A DNA stretch of 64,000 nucleotides from Escherichia coli (GTDB lineage: Bacteria > Pseudomonadota > Gammaproteobacteria > Enterobacterales > Enterobacteriaceae), in NCBI RefSeq assembly GCF_013315695.1, contig NZ_CP054353.1, one strand, 5' to 3'. The number at the start of each line of letters is the position of its first letter. Within the stretch, counting starts at the first letter, position 1. The notes beneath the pieces were generated by a model. It had not been told where the DNA came from, did not search any database, and worked only from the letters and a program-made list of their open reading frames with translations. Below, one piece after another: positions 10,114 to 21,776 of this stretch. The translations under genes were made by a program, and so were the position numbers.

Positions 10114-11874
10114 TTGACCATTACGAAACTTGCATGGCGTGACCTGGTTCCTGATACCGATAGCTATCAGGAAATATTTGCTCAGCCACATTTGATTGAC
10201 GAAAACGATCCTTTATTCAGTGATACTCAACCGCGACTGCAATTTGCGCTGGAGCAGTTGCTGCATACGCGAGCATCCTCCTCTTTTATGCTGGCGAAGG
10301 CCCCGGAAGAGTCTGAGTATCTGAATCTTATTGCCGATGCCGCGCGTGCGCTACAAAGCGATGCAGGCCAACTGGTGGGCGGTCACTATGAGGTTTCCGG
10401 GCACACCATCCGTTTACGTAACGCAGTGAGTGCAGATGATAATTTTGCGACTTTAACGCAAGTTGTCGCTGCCGACTGGGTAGAAGCGGAACAACTCTTT
10501 GGCTGCCTGCGCCAGTTTAATGGCGACATTACCCTGCAGCCTGGTCTGGTGCATCAGGCAAATGGCGGTATTCTCATCATCTCTTTGCGTACACTGCTGG
10601 CGCAACCTCTGCTGTGGATGCGGCTGAAAAATATCGTTAACCGCGAGCGTTTTGACTGGGTTGCGTTTGATGAGTCGCGCCCTCTCCCCGTCTCTGTGCC
10701 TTCGATGCCATTGAAGCTGAAAGTCATTCTGGTAGGCGAACGCGAATCATTGGCTGATTTCCAGGAGATGGAACCAGAGCTTTCAGAGCAGGCTATTTAT
10801 AGCGAATTTGAAGATACTCTGCAGATTGTCGATGCGGAGTCAGTAAGCCAGTGGTGTCGCTGGGTAACATTGACCGCAAGACATAATCACTTACCTGCAC
10901 CGGGAGCGGATGCCTGGCCAGTACTTATCCGCGAAGCAGCCCGCTACACCGGTGAACAAGAAACACTTCCGCTTAGCCCGCAGTGGATCCTCCGCCAGTG
11001 TAAAGAGGTCGCCTCCCTGTGCGATGGCGACACCTTCTCCGGCGAGCAGCTAAACTTAATGCTGCAGCAGCGTGAATGGCGTGAAGGTTTCCTCGCTGAA
11101 CGCATGCAGGATGAGATCCTTCAGGAGCAAATCCTGATTGAAACCGAAGGCGAACGCATCGGGCAAATTAACGCCCTTTCGGTCATTGAATTTCCGGGTC
11201 ATCCACGCGCTTTTGGCGAACCTTCTCGCATTAGCTGCGTTGTGCATATTGGCGATGGTGAATTCACCGACATCGAACGCAAAGCGGAGCTTGGCGGCAA
11301 TATCCATGCGAAAGGGATGATGATCATGCAAGCGTTCCTGATGTCGGAACTACAGCTTGAGCAACAGATCCCCTTCTCAGCATCGCTGACATTTGAGCAG
11401 TCATACAGTGAAGTGGATGGCGATAGTGCCTCGATGGCTGAACTCTGCGCCCTGATCAGCGCCCTCGCCGATGTGCCGGTGAATCAGAGTATCGCTATCA
11501 CAGGTTCAGTCGATCAGTTCGGTCGCGCCCAGCCAGTCGGTGGTTTAAATGAGAAAATCGAAGGCTTCTTTGCTATTTGCCAGCAACGTGAGTTAACGGG
11601 GAAACAAGGTGTCATTATCCCCACTGCTAACGTTCGCCATTTAAGTCTTCACAGTGAACTGGTGAAAGCGGTAGAAGAAGGCAAATTCACCATCTGGGCA
11701 GTAGACGATGTGACTGACGCACTGCCGTTATTATTAAATCTGGTGTGGGATGGCGAAGGCCAAACGACGCTGATGCAAACCATCCAGGAACGTATCGCAC
11801 AAGCATCGCAACAGGAAGGACGTCACCGTTTTCCATGGCCATTACGTTGGCTGAACTGGTTTATTCCGAACTGA
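10114..11874 (+). CDS. ycbZ: Lon-like protease YcbZ (LonH)
   Basis: 586-aa ORF with apparent TTG start; Lon protease-like C-terminal domain; matches YcbZ. Confidence 0.85.
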   Translation: MTITKLAWRDLVPDTDSYQEIFAQPHLIDENDPLFSDTQPRLQFALEQLLHTRASSSFMLAKAPEESEYLNLIADAARALQSDAGQLVGGHYEVSGHTIRLRNAVSADDNFATLTQVVAADWVEAEQLFGCLRQFNGDITLQPGLVHQANGGILIISLRTLLAQPLLWMRLKNIVNRERFDWVAFDESRPLPVSVPSMPLKLKVILVGERESLADFQEMEPELSEQAIYSEFEDTLQIVDAESVSQWCRWVTLTARHNHLPAPGADAWPVLIREAARYTGEQETLPLSPQWILRQCKEVASLCDGDTFSGEQLNLMLQQREWREGFLAERMQDEILQEQILIETEGERIGQINALSVIEFPGHPRAFGEPSRISCVVHIGDGEFTDIERKAELGGNIHAKGMMIMQAFLMSELQLEQQIPFSASLTFEQSYSEVDGDSASMAELCALISALADVPVNQSIAITGSVDQFGRAQPVGGLNEKIEGFFAICQQRELTGKQGVIIPTANVRHLSLHSELVKAVEEGKFTIWAVDDVTDALPLLLNLVWDGEGQTTLMQTIQERIAQASQQEGRHRFPWPLRWLNWFIPN

Positions 11875-11885
11875 TCGGACTTGTT
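11869..11885. promoter_or_regulatory. FadR binding site in fabA promoter
   Basis: aactgatcggacttgtt closely matches the FadR consensus AACTGGTCNGACCTGTT; overlaps the last codons of ycbZ. Confidence 0.7.
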
Positions 11886-11887
11886 CA

Positions 11888-11905
11888 GCGTACACGTGTT
11901 AGCTA
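11888..11905. promoter_or_regulatory. FabR operator in fabA promoter
   Basis: agcgtacacgtgttagct palindromic element, matches the FabR site of fabA as I recall it. Confidence 0.65.
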
Positions 11906-11942
11906 TCCTGCGTGCTTCAATAAAATAAGGCTTACAGAGAAC

Positions 11943-12461
11943 ATGGTAGATAAACGCGAATCCTATACAAAAGAAGACCTTCTTGCCTCTGGTCGCGGTG
12001 AACTGTTTGGCGCTAAAGGCCCGCAATTGCCAGCACCGAACATGCTGATGATGGACCGTGTGGTCAAAATGACCGAAACGGGTGGTAACTTCGACAAAGG
12101 GTATGTTGAAGCAGAGCTGGATATCAATCCGGATCTGTGGTTCTTCGGATGCCACTTTATCGGCGATCCGGTTATGCCGGGATGCCTGGGCCTGGACGCA
12201 ATGTGGCAGCTGGTAGGGTTCTACCTCGGCTGGCTGGGCGGCGAAGGTAAAGGCCGCGCGCTGGGCGTTGGCGAAGTGAAATTCACTGGTCAGGTACTGC
12301 CGACAGCGAAAAAAGTGACCTACCGTATTCACTTTAAACGCATTGTTAATCGTCGTCTGATTATGGGGCTGGCAGATGGCGAAGTGCTGGTTGATGGTCG
12401 TCTGATCTATACCGCCAGCGACCTGAAAGTCGGTCTGTTCCAGGATACGTCTGTCTTCTGA
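11943..12461 (+). CDS. fabA: 3-hydroxydecanoyl-ACP dehydratase/isomerase
   Basis: 172 aa from ATG 11943 ([13 protein letters not shown]...); recognised FabA. Confidence 0.95.
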   Translation: MVDKRESYTKEDLLASGRGELFGAKGPQLPAPNMLMMDRVVKMTETGGNFDKGYVEAELDINPDLWFFGCHFIGDPVMPGCLGLDAMWQLVGFYLGWLGGEGKGRALGVGEVKFTGQVLPTAKKVTYRIHFKRIVNRRLIMGLADGEVLVDGRLIYTASDLKVGLFQDTSVF

Positions 12462-12490
12462 TAATAATCAGACAGAGTATAAAAAGGCGA

Positions 12491-12518
12491 AACCTCCGCA
12501 ATGCGGAGGTTTCTTTTT
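12491..12518. terminator. Bidirectional terminator between convergent fabA and rmf
   Basis: aacctccgcaatgcggaggtt hairpin flanked by aaaaa and tcttttt. Confidence 0.8.
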
Positions 12519-12530
12519 AAAGAGACAGAA

Positions 12531-12698
12531 TCAGGCCATTACTACCCTGTCCGCCATGGCTTCTCGCCAGCCTCCCAGCCATTGTGACCTTTGATTCAGC
12601 GTCTGATAGGGACACATTTCTTTTGAGCGTCCGGCGATGCCGGCCTGATAACCACGTTGATGTGCCCGTTCCAGGCGATCTCGTTTTTGTCTCTTCAT
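12531..12698 (-). CDS. rmf: Ribosome modulation factor
   Basis: Manual translation of minus strand gives MKRQKRDRLERAHQRGYQAGIAGRSKEMCPYQTLNQRSQWLGGWREAMADRVVMA (55 aa); the ORF track shows only an out-of-frame ORF here. Confidence 0.9.
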   Translation of the reverse strand: MKRQKRDRLERAHQRGYQAGIAGRSKEMCPYQTLNQRSQWLGGWREAMADRVVMA

Positions 12699-12894
12699 GC
12701 CTCGTTTCCCTCATACTGGTTTCTGGTGGAAAAGAAAACAGTGATTACTAAATGTGCAATCACAGTTAAGCAATACCGCGAATCATAACTGCCGTCAATG
12801 CGCAAAATTCACGCCACTGTCATATTTGTGAGCTACACGGGCATGTCGGTTGTACAAAAAATGTGAAGAGGAACAACTTTTTCCGCAAGTTAGA

Positions 12895-12932
12895 AACAAA
12901 AAAACCGCCTCAGGCAACATACCGGAGACGGT
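12895..12932 (-). terminator. Probable pqiC terminator
   Basis: Imperfect 12-bp stem (ccgcctcagg/ccggagacgg) with T-tract on minus strand immediately after pqiC stop. Confidence 0.55.
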
Positions 12933-12953
12933 TATATTTACAAATCTTTATGA

Positions 12954-13517
12954 TTACGGTAGACGCTTTATCTCTTGCGCAATAGAAGCGGCTTCCTGAC
13001 TCCAGATACTGGCCAGCACTTTAACCATTTCATCGTAACCATCCTGAGTTTGCATCCCTTCCAGACGGAACGGACGTTTGATCAGTTGTCCCTGGTGGTT
13101 CAACAGCCACTCACCACTGACAATGACCTTGCCATCATAGCGACCGTTAAACTCCGTGACGGTAACATTGAGCGTGTCCTGGGCGCTTCCCAGAGGCTGG
13201 GAGGCAACCACCCAGCCGGGCAGTTGCGTACTCAGGTTGGCAACCAGGGTGTTGCGCAACTGTTGATCCAACGGGCTGGCCCACAAGTTGTTGTTGGCAA
13301 TCACATACTTCACATCACTAGTTTGATAAACCACACCATTCCCCGCCAGATAGTCAGGAACAGCGACCTGCTCTACCCATAACAGGCGATTACCCTGGCT
13401 GGCGGTACTTTGTGTACCGCTCTGCACCACAGGTAACTGGTAATAGTTTTTATTAATTTCGCCGGAGCTGCATCCGGCCAGCCACAGTGCTGCAATCGTC
13501 ACTAGCCACTTTTTCAT
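12954..13517 (-). CDS. pqiC: Lipoprotein PqiC (YmbA), paraquat-inducible MCE pathway
   Basis: 187 aa with lipoprotein signal (LAGCSS lipobox); matches PqiC. Confidence 0.85.
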   Translation of the reverse strand: MKKWLVTIAALWLAGCSSGEINKNYYQLPVVQSGTQSTASQGNRLLWVEQVAVPDYLAGNGVVYQTSDVKYVIANNNLWASPLDQQLRNTLVANLSTQLPGWVVASQPLGSAQDTLNVTVTEFNGRYDGKVIVSGEWLLNHQGQLIKRPFRLEGMQTQDGYDEMVKVLASIWSQEAASIAQEIKRLP

Positions 13518-15154
13518 TGTTTCGCCCTCTTCGGCTCTGGATCTTTTTTGTCCTTCGCTTCAAATACCAGCGCGTTACTCTTCTCGTTGAGCGTTTTCAG
13601 CACCGGTTGCAGTTCTCGCAACACCTGATCAAGTCGCTGCATATCCGCCACCATCTTGTTGTAGGCTGCGGAGCCAGGCTGGAAGCCCTGCATACTGCGA
13701 TTCAATTCACGCAACGTTGACTGCATATCCGTCGGTAACTGCTGCATCGACTGGCTGGCGAGGATCTTGTTCATGCTATCCAGCGTCGTTTGCAGGTTTT
13801 TCATTGTGCGCTGACTTTCAGAAAGCGTACTGGTTGCCTGTTCAATCATCGGATTCAATGGCAGTTTGTTGATCTTATCCAACGCTTCCATCAGTCGTTG
13901 CTGGATTTGCGCCAGACCGCCGCTAACGGTCGGGATAATCTGATAACCATTAAATTCACGAATACCGGTTATTGCAGGCGTATTTGGATAGAAATCGAGA
14001 TCAACATACAGTGCGCCAGTGACCAGGTTTCCGGTTTTCAGCGATCCGCGTAAACCACGTTTCAACAATTCGCCAAGGTGCTCAACAACATCCGCATTTT
14101 CGCCAAGCTGCATTTTCAGCCGCTCTGGCTCGATACGAATCAGTACCGGAATACGGTAATCATCGTTAAATGTCTGACGCATATTCGGCGCAAAGAATGG
14201 CACTTTGCTTACGGTACCCAGGCGAATACCCCGGAATTCTACCGGAGCTCCCGGTTGCAGACCGCGTACCGAATCTTTAAAGAACATCAGATAATCAATG
14301 TGATCGGTGTACAACGAATCCTGAATGCTCTTCTGATCATCATACAAAACGAAAGCTGTTTTCGGTGCCACTGGCTGCCCTAAATCCAGACCTTCCGGCA
14401 CATCAAAGCTGACACCGCCACTAAGCAGCGTTGTCAATGAGCCCATCTCCACACGCATTCCCGCTGACGTCAAATCAACCGCAATGCCACTATCTTTCCA
14501 GAAGCGAACATTGCTGGTCACCAGTCGGTCATAAGGTGCATTGATGAACAGTTGATAGCTGATATTGCGTTTTTGCGTATCGAAGGTGCTGGTTTCAACC
14601 GAACCTACCCGATAGCCACGGAACAGCACGGGATCTCCTGGCGAGAGCTGCCCGGCTTTTTTGCTATCGAGAATCACACGGATACCTTTCGCATCAGGCG
14701 GGGCCAACGGTGGCGAGTCCAGCAAATCGTATTTATCCATTTTGCTGCCTTTTGCGCCTGGCTGCAGTTCGATATAAACCCCAGACAGCAGCGTTCCCAG
14801 GCCGCTAATCCCTTCTCGACCAATCTGCGGTTTCACCACCCAAAAGACGGTATCTTTATGCAGCAATTTTTCCATACCGGAATTCAGCCGCGCTTTGATT
14901 TCAACGTGCGTCAAATCATCAGCCAGTGTGGCGCTTTCAACCACGCCGACGTCAACGCTACGGCTTTTAATGGTGGTTTTACCACCTTCTATTCCTTCCG
15001 CATTCGCGGTGATCAGGGTCACTTCCGGCCCCTGATGGCTGTAATGATAAAAAAGAACCCAGGCCCCAATGAGCGCCGTGACGATAGGAAATATCCACAC
15101 GGGAGACCAGTTCTTCACTTTCTGGATTTTGGCTTCCCCATTATTAGATTCCAT
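13514..15154 (-). CDS. pqiB: MCE-domain protein PqiB
   Basis: ORF trimmed to internal ATG (546 aa, MESNNGEAKIQKV...); three MCE domains; 4-bp overlap with pqiC. Confidence 0.9.
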   Translation of the reverse strand: MESNNGEAKIQKVKNWSPVWIFPIVTALIGAWVLFYHYSHQGPEVTLITANAEGIEGGKTTIKSRSVDVGVVESATLADDLTHVEIKARLNSGMEKLLHKDTVFWVVKPQIGREGISGLGTLLSGVYIELQPGAKGSKMDKYDLLDSPPLAPPDAKGIRVILDSKKAGQLSPGDPVLFRGYRVGSVETSTFDTQKRNISYQLFINAPYDRLVTSNVRFWKDSGIAVDLTSAGMRVEMGSLTTLLSGGVSFDVPEGLDLGQPVAPKTAFVLYDDQKSIQDSLYTDHIDYLMFFKDSVRGLQPGAPVEFRGIRLGTVSKVPFFAPNMRQTFNDDYRIPVLIRIEPERLKMQLGENADVVEHLGELLKRGLRGSLKTGNLVTGALYVDLDFYPNTPAITGIREFNGYQIIPTVSGGLAQIQQRLMEALDKINKLPLNPMIEQATSTLSESQRTMKNLQTTLDSMNKILASQSMQQLPTDMQSTLRELNRSMQGFQPGSAAYNKMVADMQRLDQVLRELQPVLKTLNEKSNALVFEAKDKKDPEPKRAKQ

Positions 15155-15158
15155 ACTG

Positions 15159-16412
15159 TCAGGACTCCTCATGCTCTGATTCAGGTTGACGATCCCACGA
15201 CAAACGCGGGTCAAACGTCATAGCAGAAAACATTGTCATTATGACGACTAAAGCAAACATTAATGCACCCATTGCCGGATAAATACTCATTAAACCTCCC
15301 ATACGCACCAGCGCCGAGAGCACCGCGATAACGAAAACGTCAATCATCGACCAGCGGCCTACAAACTCAACAACTTCATAAATCAAATGCATTCTTTCAC
15401 TGTCGCGCTTGCCATGCCCTTTGGCATCCCAACACAACCACGCTATGGCGATCATCTTTAACGTTGGCACCATAATACTGGCCAGAAAGATAACCGCAGC
15501 GACGGGATAAGATCCTTCGCTCCATAACAGGATGACCCCAGCGAGAATCGTCGATGGCATCTTCGAGCCTAATAAATCCGTCACCATGATGGGCAAAATA
15601 TTAGCCGGAAGGTACAGCATGATGGACGTTACAAGCAGCGCGAGTGTCCACTGCAGGCTGTTTCTACGCCGAACGTACCCTTTAGTACCACAGCGCGGGC
15701 ATACGGGTTCATCAGCAGGAAGGATTGCCGTACAACAGGAGCAAGAACGCAGCCCCTGACGTATCCCCGTGACGCCAGGTTTTAGCGGCTGGCGCAGTTC
15801 TGGCATCGGGGCGATATCGTCCCATAACCAGCGACGATCAACGCACTGAAAGGCGCGCAGTTGCAGGACACAAAATAAACACCAGGGGAGAAAGCTACTG
15901 CCGACACCAATGCTGCCGTAGGCCATCAGTTTAACGAAACTGACCAGCACTCCCGCGAGGAAAATTTCCGCCATTCCCCAGGTTTTGAGTTGAAAAAGCA
16001 CCCGTGCCAGTTGCTCTTTTAAACGGACCGGTAATTCCGCGCGATTCACCAGTAACAGAATGGTTATCAGACAAAACGCGGGAACCAGTTGCACAAACAA
16101 CAGGAAAAAGGTGCCGAGGCTGGCGTAGTCCTCAGAAAAAAGCACGCCGGGAATTTCCAGTAATGTAATTTCACTGGTGACTCCCGCAACGTTCATATTC
16201 ACAAAAGGAAACAAGTTGGACAGCAACAGCATGAACAGTGCAGCCAACGCATAGGCGGTGGGACGCTGCCGAGGGGCATCCCACGCCACGGTTAACGTTG
16301 TGCCACACCGGGGACATGCCGCTTTCTGACCATGCTCAAGGCGCGGTAACGCCACCAGCATGTCACACTGCGAGCACAGGATGTGCTTCGCGGCATGATG
16401 ATGTTCGCACAT
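15159..16412 (-). CDS. pqiA: Paraquat-inducible membrane protein PqiA
   Basis: 417-aa membrane ORF matching PqiA. Confidence 0.9.
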   Translation of the reverse strand: MCEHHHAAKHILCSQCDMLVALPRLEHGQKAACPRCGTTLTVAWDAPRQRPTAYALAALFMLLLSNLFPFVNMNVAGVTSEITLLEIPGVLFSEDYASLGTFFLLFVQLVPAFCLITILLLVNRAELPVRLKEQLARVLFQLKTWGMAEIFLAGVLVSFVKLMAYGSIGVGSSFLPWCLFCVLQLRAFQCVDRRWLWDDIAPMPELRQPLKPGVTGIRQGLRSCSCCTAILPADEPVCPRCGTKGYVRRRNSLQWTLALLVTSIMLYLPANILPIMVTDLLGSKMPSTILAGVILLWSEGSYPVAAVIFLASIMVPTLKMIAIAWLCWDAKGHGKRDSERMHLIYEVVEFVGRWSMIDVFVIAVLSALVRMGGLMSIYPAMGALMFALVVIMTMFSAMTFDPRLSWDRQPESEHEES

Positions 16413-16541
16413 TGGTACTCCTTAATGATGCGCTATTTTACAGATGACGAACAAAGTGTTGGTTTTCATGCCTGATAAACCCAGTTCATCAGGCAATTTT
16501 ACCGTTGTCAGCTGTCTCTGTTTAAATCGACTATTTTGCGA

Positions 16542-18449
16542 TCAGCCACCATTTTTTAACGCTTCAAGATACTCCCAGCGTTCAAAGGCTTGCTCCAGCT
16601 CCTGCTCTGCAGCAGCCATATCAGCGAGCACTTTTTGTGTCTGCTCATGGGGCTGACTGAAGAAGGAAGCATCCGCCACCTGCGTCTGTAGGGCTTCCAG
16701 CTTCGCCTCCAGATCTTCAAGCAATTGCGGTAGCTGCTCCAGTTCGCGCTGCAATTTATAGCTTAGTTTGCTACTGCTGCGTTTTACAGTTTCTGCTTTT
16801 GCCGCGGCGGCTTCTTCGGTTTTTTTCACCGCAGGCTGTTTGAGCGCCACATACTGCTCTTGCTGACCACGGGCATCATGATAACCGCCGACATAACGAC
16901 CAATTTTACCGCCGCCTTCGAAGATCCAGCATTCTGTAACGGTGTTATCGACAAACTGACGATCGTGGCTTACCAGCAATACCGTGCCCTGGTAGCTGTC
17001 GATCAGTTCTTCCAGCAGTTCCAGCGTTTCGACATCAAGATCGTTGGTCGGTTCGTCAAGAATCAATAAGTTGCTTGGTTTGAGGAACAAACGCGCCAGC
17101 AGCAAGCGGTTCCGCTCACCGCCAGAAAGCGCACGTACCGGCGTCATCGCCCGTTTCGGATGGAACAGGAAGTCCTGCAAATAGCCCAATACGTGGCGTG
17201 GCTTGCCGTTAACCATCACCTCTTGCTTACCTTCGGCAAGGTTATCCATCACCGTTTTATCGGGATCCAGTTCCGCACGGTGCTGATCGAAATAAGCCAC
17301 TTCCAGTTTGGTGCCAACGTGAATACGCCCGCTGTCCGCCTGAAGCTGACCGAGCATCAGTTTCAGCAGCGTGGTTTTGCCGCACCCATTCGGGCCAATC
17401 AGGGCAATTTTGTCGCCACGTAGAACCTGGGCAGAAAAATCTTTCACCAGTTGCTTACCGTCAACCTGGTAGCAAACGTCTTCCATTTCGAAAACGATCT
17501 TTCCGGAGCGGCTGGCTTCTTCCACCTGCATCTTTGCCGTCCCCATGACCTCACGGCGCTGGCTACGTTCACGGCGCATTGCTTTCAGGGCGCGTACGCG
17601 GCCTTCATTACGGGTACGGCGCGCTTTGATCCCCTGGCGGATCCACACCTCTTCCTGCGCCAGTTTGCGATCGAACTCGGCATTTTGTAATTCTTCCACG
17701 CGCAGGGCTTCTTCTTTTTCCAGCAGGTACTGGTCGTAATTCCCTGGATAGGTCACCAGCTTGCCGCGATCGAGATCAACAATGCGCGTCGCCATATTGC
17801 GGATAAACGAACGGTCGTGGGAAATGAAAATAATTGTCCCATTGAAGGTTTTGAGGAACCCTTCCAGCCAGTCGATGGTTTCAATATCCAGGTGGTTAGT
17901 CGGTTCGTCGAGCAGCAATACGCGCGGATTGCTCACCAGCGCGCGTCCCAATGCCGCTTTACGCAACCAGCCGCCGGAAAGCGACGACAGCGCAACATTA
18001 GGATCTAATCCCAGTTGCGCCAGCACTTCGTTGATGCGGTTTTCCAGCTGCCACAGGTTGTGGTGATCCAGCTGTTCCTGAACCTTCGCCAGTTCGTTGA
18101 GATTTTTCTCGCTCGGGTCGTTCATCACCAGGCGCGAAATATCGTGATAGCGTTTCAGGTATTCCGCTTGTTCTTCAATGCCTTCGGCAACGAAATCATA
18201 AACGCTACCCTCAACGTTACGCGGCGGATCCTGTTGCAGACGAGCGACAATCAAATCTTGCTCGTAAATAATGCGACCGTCATCCAGCGCCTGTTCACGG
18301 TTGAGGATCTTCATTAACGTCGATTTGCCTGCGCCGTTACGACCTACCAGACAAACACGTTCGTTATCTTCGATATGCAGTTCTGCGTTATCGAGAAGCG
18401 GCGCGTCGCTGAACGACAGCCATGCGCCATGCATACTGATTAATGACAT
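16542..18449 (-). CDS. uup: ABC-F family ATPase Uup
   Basis: 635 aa with two ABC ATPase cassettes (Walker A GRNGAGKST / GPNGCGKTT); matches Uup. Confidence 0.9.
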   Translation of the reverse strand: MSLISMHGAWLSFSDAPLLDNAELHIEDNERVCLVGRNGAGKSTLMKILNREQALDDGRIIYEQDLIVARLQQDPPRNVEGSVYDFVAEGIEEQAEYLKRYHDISRLVMNDPSEKNLNELAKVQEQLDHHNLWQLENRINEVLAQLGLDPNVALSSLSGGWLRKAALGRALVSNPRVLLLDEPTNHLDIETIDWLEGFLKTFNGTIIFISHDRSFIRNMATRIVDLDRGKLVTYPGNYDQYLLEKEEALRVEELQNAEFDRKLAQEEVWIRQGIKARRTRNEGRVRALKAMRRERSQRREVMGTAKMQVEEASRSGKIVFEMEDVCYQVDGKQLVKDFSAQVLRGDKIALIGPNGCGKTTLLKLMLGQLQADSGRIHVGTKLEVAYFDQHRAELDPDKTVMDNLAEGKQEVMVNGKPRHVLGYLQDFLFHPKRAMTPVRALSGGERNRLLLARLFLKPSNLLILDEPTNDLDVETLELLEELIDSYQGTVLLVSHDRQFVDNTVTECWIFEGGGKIGRYVGGYHDARGQQEQYVALKQPAVKKTEEAAAAKAETVKRSSSKLSYKLQRELEQLPQLLEDLEAKLEALQTQVADASFFSQPHEQTQKVLADMAAAEQELEQAFERWEYLEALKNGG

Positions 18450-18460
18450 TACTATTCCTT

Positions 18461-20569
18461 TCAGGCTGCGGTAATCAGCCAGCAGTTGTGGATCTGGCGG
18501 TTACGGGCGAAATCCTGGGAGAGCGTTTTTTGCGTAATTTCTTGTGCTTTCAGTCCCAGTTTCGCCAGGCCGTCGAGATCCATACGGAAGCCGCGTTTGT
18601 TGTTCGAGAACATGATCGTTCCACCTGCACGCAGCAGACGTTTCAAATCTTTCATCAGCGCCAGATGATCGCGCTGAACATCAAACGCATCTTCCATTCG
18701 TTTTGAGTTAGAGAAGGTTGGCGGATCGATAAAGATCAGATCGAACTGTTCATTTGCCTCACGCAGCCACGCCAGGCAATCGGCCTGAATCAGGCGATGC
18801 GCACGCCCGGTTAGGCCATTCAGACGCAGGTTGCGTTCTGCCCACTCCAGATAAGTACGCGACATATCCACGGTGATGGTGCTGCGTGCACCGCCTAATC
18901 CCGCGTGCACGGTGGCGCTGCCGGTATAAGAGAACAGGTTGAGGAAATCTTTGCCTTTGCTCATCTGACCGAGCATACGACGGGCGATACGGTGATCGAG
19001 GAACAGACCGGTATCGAGGTAATCCGTCAGGTTCACCCACAAGTGAGCGTTATATTCGGTGACTTCGAGAAACTCGCCCTTCTCGCCCAGTTTCTGGTAC
19101 TGATTTTTGCCCTTCTGGCGTTCACGGGTTTTCAGCACCAGTTTGTTTGGCGCAATCCCCAGTACCGAAATGGTTGCAGCGATAATATCGAACAGACGCT
19201 GACGCGCTTTGTGCGCATCAATAGTTTTTGGCGGCGCATACTCCTGCACCACCACCCAGTCGGCATAACGATCAACGGCAACGTTATATTCCGGCAGATC
19301 GGCGTCATACAGGCGGTAACATTCAATCCCTTCCTGGCGAGCCCACTTCTCGAATTTTTTGAGGTTCTTACGCAGGCGGTTAGCGTAGTCTTCCGCTACC
19401 ATCGCCGGTTTGCTGTCTGGTGTGCTTTCGGCAACATGGTAGTTTTTCTGTACGCAGTCCAGCGGGCCGTTTTTCGCCTTGTACTGTTTGTCTGCACGCA
19501 GCTGCAGGCAGCTGAGCAGATCCGGCGAGGCACTAAACAAAGAGAGATTCCAGCCACCGAACTGGTTTTTCATGATTCGGCCCAGCAGACTATGCAGCGC
19601 AATCAGCGCCGGTTCGCTGTCCAGACGTTCACCGTATGGCGGGTTGCTCAACACTGTACCGTACGGCCCTTTCGGCAGCGGATTGGTCAGTTGCGCGACA
19701 TCTTTCACCTCAAAGGTGATCAGTTCACCAATCCCCGCAAGACGGGCGTTAGTGCGCGCACGTTGAATCACACGTGCGTCACTGTCCGAACCGTAGAAAT
19801 GGGAGCTATACTCCGCCAGGCCTTTACGGGCACGAGTTTGCGCTTCCGCTTTCACTTCCTGCCAGATAGCTTCATCATGCTGCGCCCAGCCGCTAAAGCC
19901 CCAACGCCCACGGTGCAAGCCCGGTGCGCGGTCGGTCGCCAGCATCGCCGCTTCAATCAGCAACGTACCAGAACCACACATTGGATCGAGCAGCGGTGTT
20001 CCTGGCTGCCAGCCGGATCGCATAACAATCGCGGCTGCCAGGGTTTCTTTGATCGGCGCAATACCAGCACGATCGCGATAGCCACGCAGATGTAAACCAT
20101 CACCACTGAGATCAAGGGCAATACTGGCGGTTTCTTTATGCAGCCAGACGTTAACGCGGATATCCGGCGCATCGCGATCAACATTTGGACGCGGCAGATT
20201 TTTCCGCGTGAAAGCATCGACGATCGCGTCTTTCACTTTCATCGCACCGTACTGACTGTTGCGTATGGTGTCATTCAAACCACTGAAGTGGACAGCGAAG
20301 GTCGCGCCAGGATTAAACATCTCTGTCCAGTTGATCGCCTGAACACCGAGATAGAGGTCTAAATCGCTGTAAACCTTACACTCGCCCAGCGGCAACATAA
20401 TACGCGAGGCCAGGCGGCTCCACATCAGGCTCTGGTAAACAAGCCGTGTGTCGCCCTTGAAATGGACCCCACCCTGAACCACCTGGCATTCAACGGCCCC
20501 CAGGTTTTCCAGTTCAGTTTTTAACAGCTCTTCCAGCCCACGGGCCGTACTGGCAAACAGAGAATTCAT
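18461..20569 (-). CDS. rlmL: 23S rRNA m2G2445/m7G2069 methyltransferase RlmKL
   Basis: 702-aa ORF matching RlmL (YcbY). Confidence 0.9.
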   Translation of the reverse strand: MNSLFASTARGLEELLKTELENLGAVECQVVQGGVHFKGDTRLVYQSLMWSRLASRIMLPLGECKVYSDLDLYLGVQAINWTEMFNPGATFAVHFSGLNDTIRNSQYGAMKVKDAIVDAFTRKNLPRPNVDRDAPDIRVNVWLHKETASIALDLSGDGLHLRGYRDRAGIAPIKETLAAAIVMRSGWQPGTPLLDPMCGSGTLLIEAAMLATDRAPGLHRGRWGFSGWAQHDEAIWQEVKAEAQTRARKGLAEYSSHFYGSDSDARVIQRARTNARLAGIGELITFEVKDVAQLTNPLPKGPYGTVLSNPPYGERLDSEPALIALHSLLGRIMKNQFGGWNLSLFSASPDLLSCLQLRADKQYKAKNGPLDCVQKNYHVAESTPDSKPAMVAEDYANRLRKNLKKFEKWARQEGIECYRLYDADLPEYNVAVDRYADWVVVQEYAPPKTIDAHKARQRLFDIIAATISVLGIAPNKLVLKTRERQKGKNQYQKLGEKGEFLEVTEYNAHLWVNLTDYLDTGLFLDHRIARRMLGQMSKGKDFLNLFSYTGSATVHAGLGGARSTITVDMSRTYLEWAERNLRLNGLTGRAHRLIQADCLAWLREANEQFDLIFIDPPTFSNSKRMEDAFDVQRDHLALMKDLKRLLRAGGTIMFSNNKRGFRMDLDGLAKLGLKAQEITQKTLSQDFARNRQIHNCWLITAA

Positions 20570-20666
20570 ATCGTCACTTTTACTCTAAGAAAATTGTTGC
20601 GCATTATAGCTAATAAGCGCGTCATGTCATAAAGTTGAGGGCTTATTTTCATTTGAGGACCGCACC

Positions 20667-21776
20667 GTGGCGACATTAACCCGGCTTTTTATTCATCCTG
20701 TTAAATCGATGCGCGGCATTGGTCTTACACATGCTCTGGCAGATGTCAGTGGTCTGGCCTTCGATCGCATCTTTATGATCACGGAACCTGACGGTACGTT
20801 TATTACTGCTCGCCAGTTTCCCCAGATGGTACGGTTTATTCCTTCACCTGTGCATGATGGCTTGCATCTCACCGCACCAGATGGCAGTAGTGCATATGTT
20901 CGTTTTGCTGATTTCGCCACACAAGACGCACCAACCGAAGTTTGGGGCACACATTTTACCGCGCGAATTGCGCCAGACGCGATCAACAAATGGCTAAGTG
21001 GATTTTTCTCCCGCGAAGTGCAATTACGCTGGGTGGGGCCACAAATGACCCGGCGCGTGAAACGCCACAACACTGTACCCCTGTCATTTGCTGATGGTTA
21101 TCCTTACCTTCTTGCTAACGAGGCCTCGTTACGTGATCTCCAACAACGTTGTCCGGCCAGTGTAAAAATGGAGCAATTCCGCCCCAATCTGGTGGTTTCC
21201 GGTGCATCGGCCTGGGAAGAAGATAGCTGGAAAGTGATTCGCATTGGTGATGTCGTGTTTGATGTGGTTAAGCCTTGTAGCCGCTGTATTTTCACCACCG
21301 TCAGCCCAGAAAAAGGGCAAAAACATCCGGCAGGCGAACCATTAAAAACGCTGCAATCTTTCCGTACTGCCCAGGATAACGGCGATGTCGATTTTGGTCA
21401 GAATTTAATTGCCCGTAATAGCGGCGTGATTCGCGTTGGCGATGAGGTGGAAATTCTGGCAACGGCTCCAGCTAAAATTTACGGCGCAGGTGCCGCCGAT
21501 GATACTGCCAACATCACGCAACAACCGGACGCAAACGTAGATATTGACTGGCAGGGACAGGCATTTCGTGGAAATAACCAACAGGTGCTGCTGGAGCAAT
21601 TAGAAAATCAGGGAATTCGTATCCCTTATTCTTGCCGCGCGGGCATTTGTGGAAGTTGCCGTGTTCAGCTTTTAGAAGGCGAAGTCACGCCGCTGAAAAA
21701 ATCAGCAATGGGTGATGATGGCACTATTCTTTGCTGTAGTTGTGTACCGAAGACTGCACTTAAGCTGACGCGTTAA
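20667..21776 (+). CDS. ycbX: MOSC-domain protein YcbX with C-terminal 2Fe-2S ferredoxin-like domain
   Basis: 369 aa; C-terminal cysteine cluster [11 protein letters not shown]...CCSC; matches YcbX. Confidence 0.85.
   Translation: MATLTRLFIHPVKSMRGIGLTHALADVSGLAFDRIFMITEPDGTFITARQFPQMVRFIPSPVHDGLHLTAPDGSSAYVRFADFATQDAPTEVWGTHFTARIAPDAINKWLSGFFSREVQLRWVGPQMTRRVKRHNTVPLSFADGYPYLLANEASLRDLQQRCPASVKMEQFRPNLVVSGASAWEEDSWKVIRIGDVVFDVVKPCSRCIFTTVSPEKGQKHPAGEPLKTLQSFRTAQDNGDVDFGQNLIARNSGVIRVGDEVEILATAPAKIYGAGAADDTANITQQPDANVDIDWQGQAFRGNNQQVLLEQLENQGIRIPYSCRAGICGSCRVQLLEGEVTPLKKSAMGDDGTILCCSCVPKTALKLTR

Noticed and set aside
12517-12714. 65-aa ORF from the track at the rmf locus
   Set aside because: It is an out-of-frame artefact; manual translation of the same strand in another frame gives the 55-aa ribosome modulation factor, annotated instead at 12531..12698.
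16480-16504. Hairpin gcctgataaacccagttcatcaggc between uup and pqiA
   Set aside because: No adjacent T-tract on the strand of the flanking genes (both minus), so it is not a convincing intrinsic terminator; possibly part of the pqiA promoter, but I cannot support a specific call.
18905-20095. 396-aa ORF on the plus strand antisense to rlmL, and similar long antisense ORFs (52691..53575 opposite mukF, 41101..41874 opposite ompF, 35910..36458 and 36740..37342 within pepN, 47120..47605 opposite mukB)
   Set aside because: Each lies wholly inside a well-supported gene on the other strand and has no recognisable domain, RBS or independent start context; typical frame artefacts.
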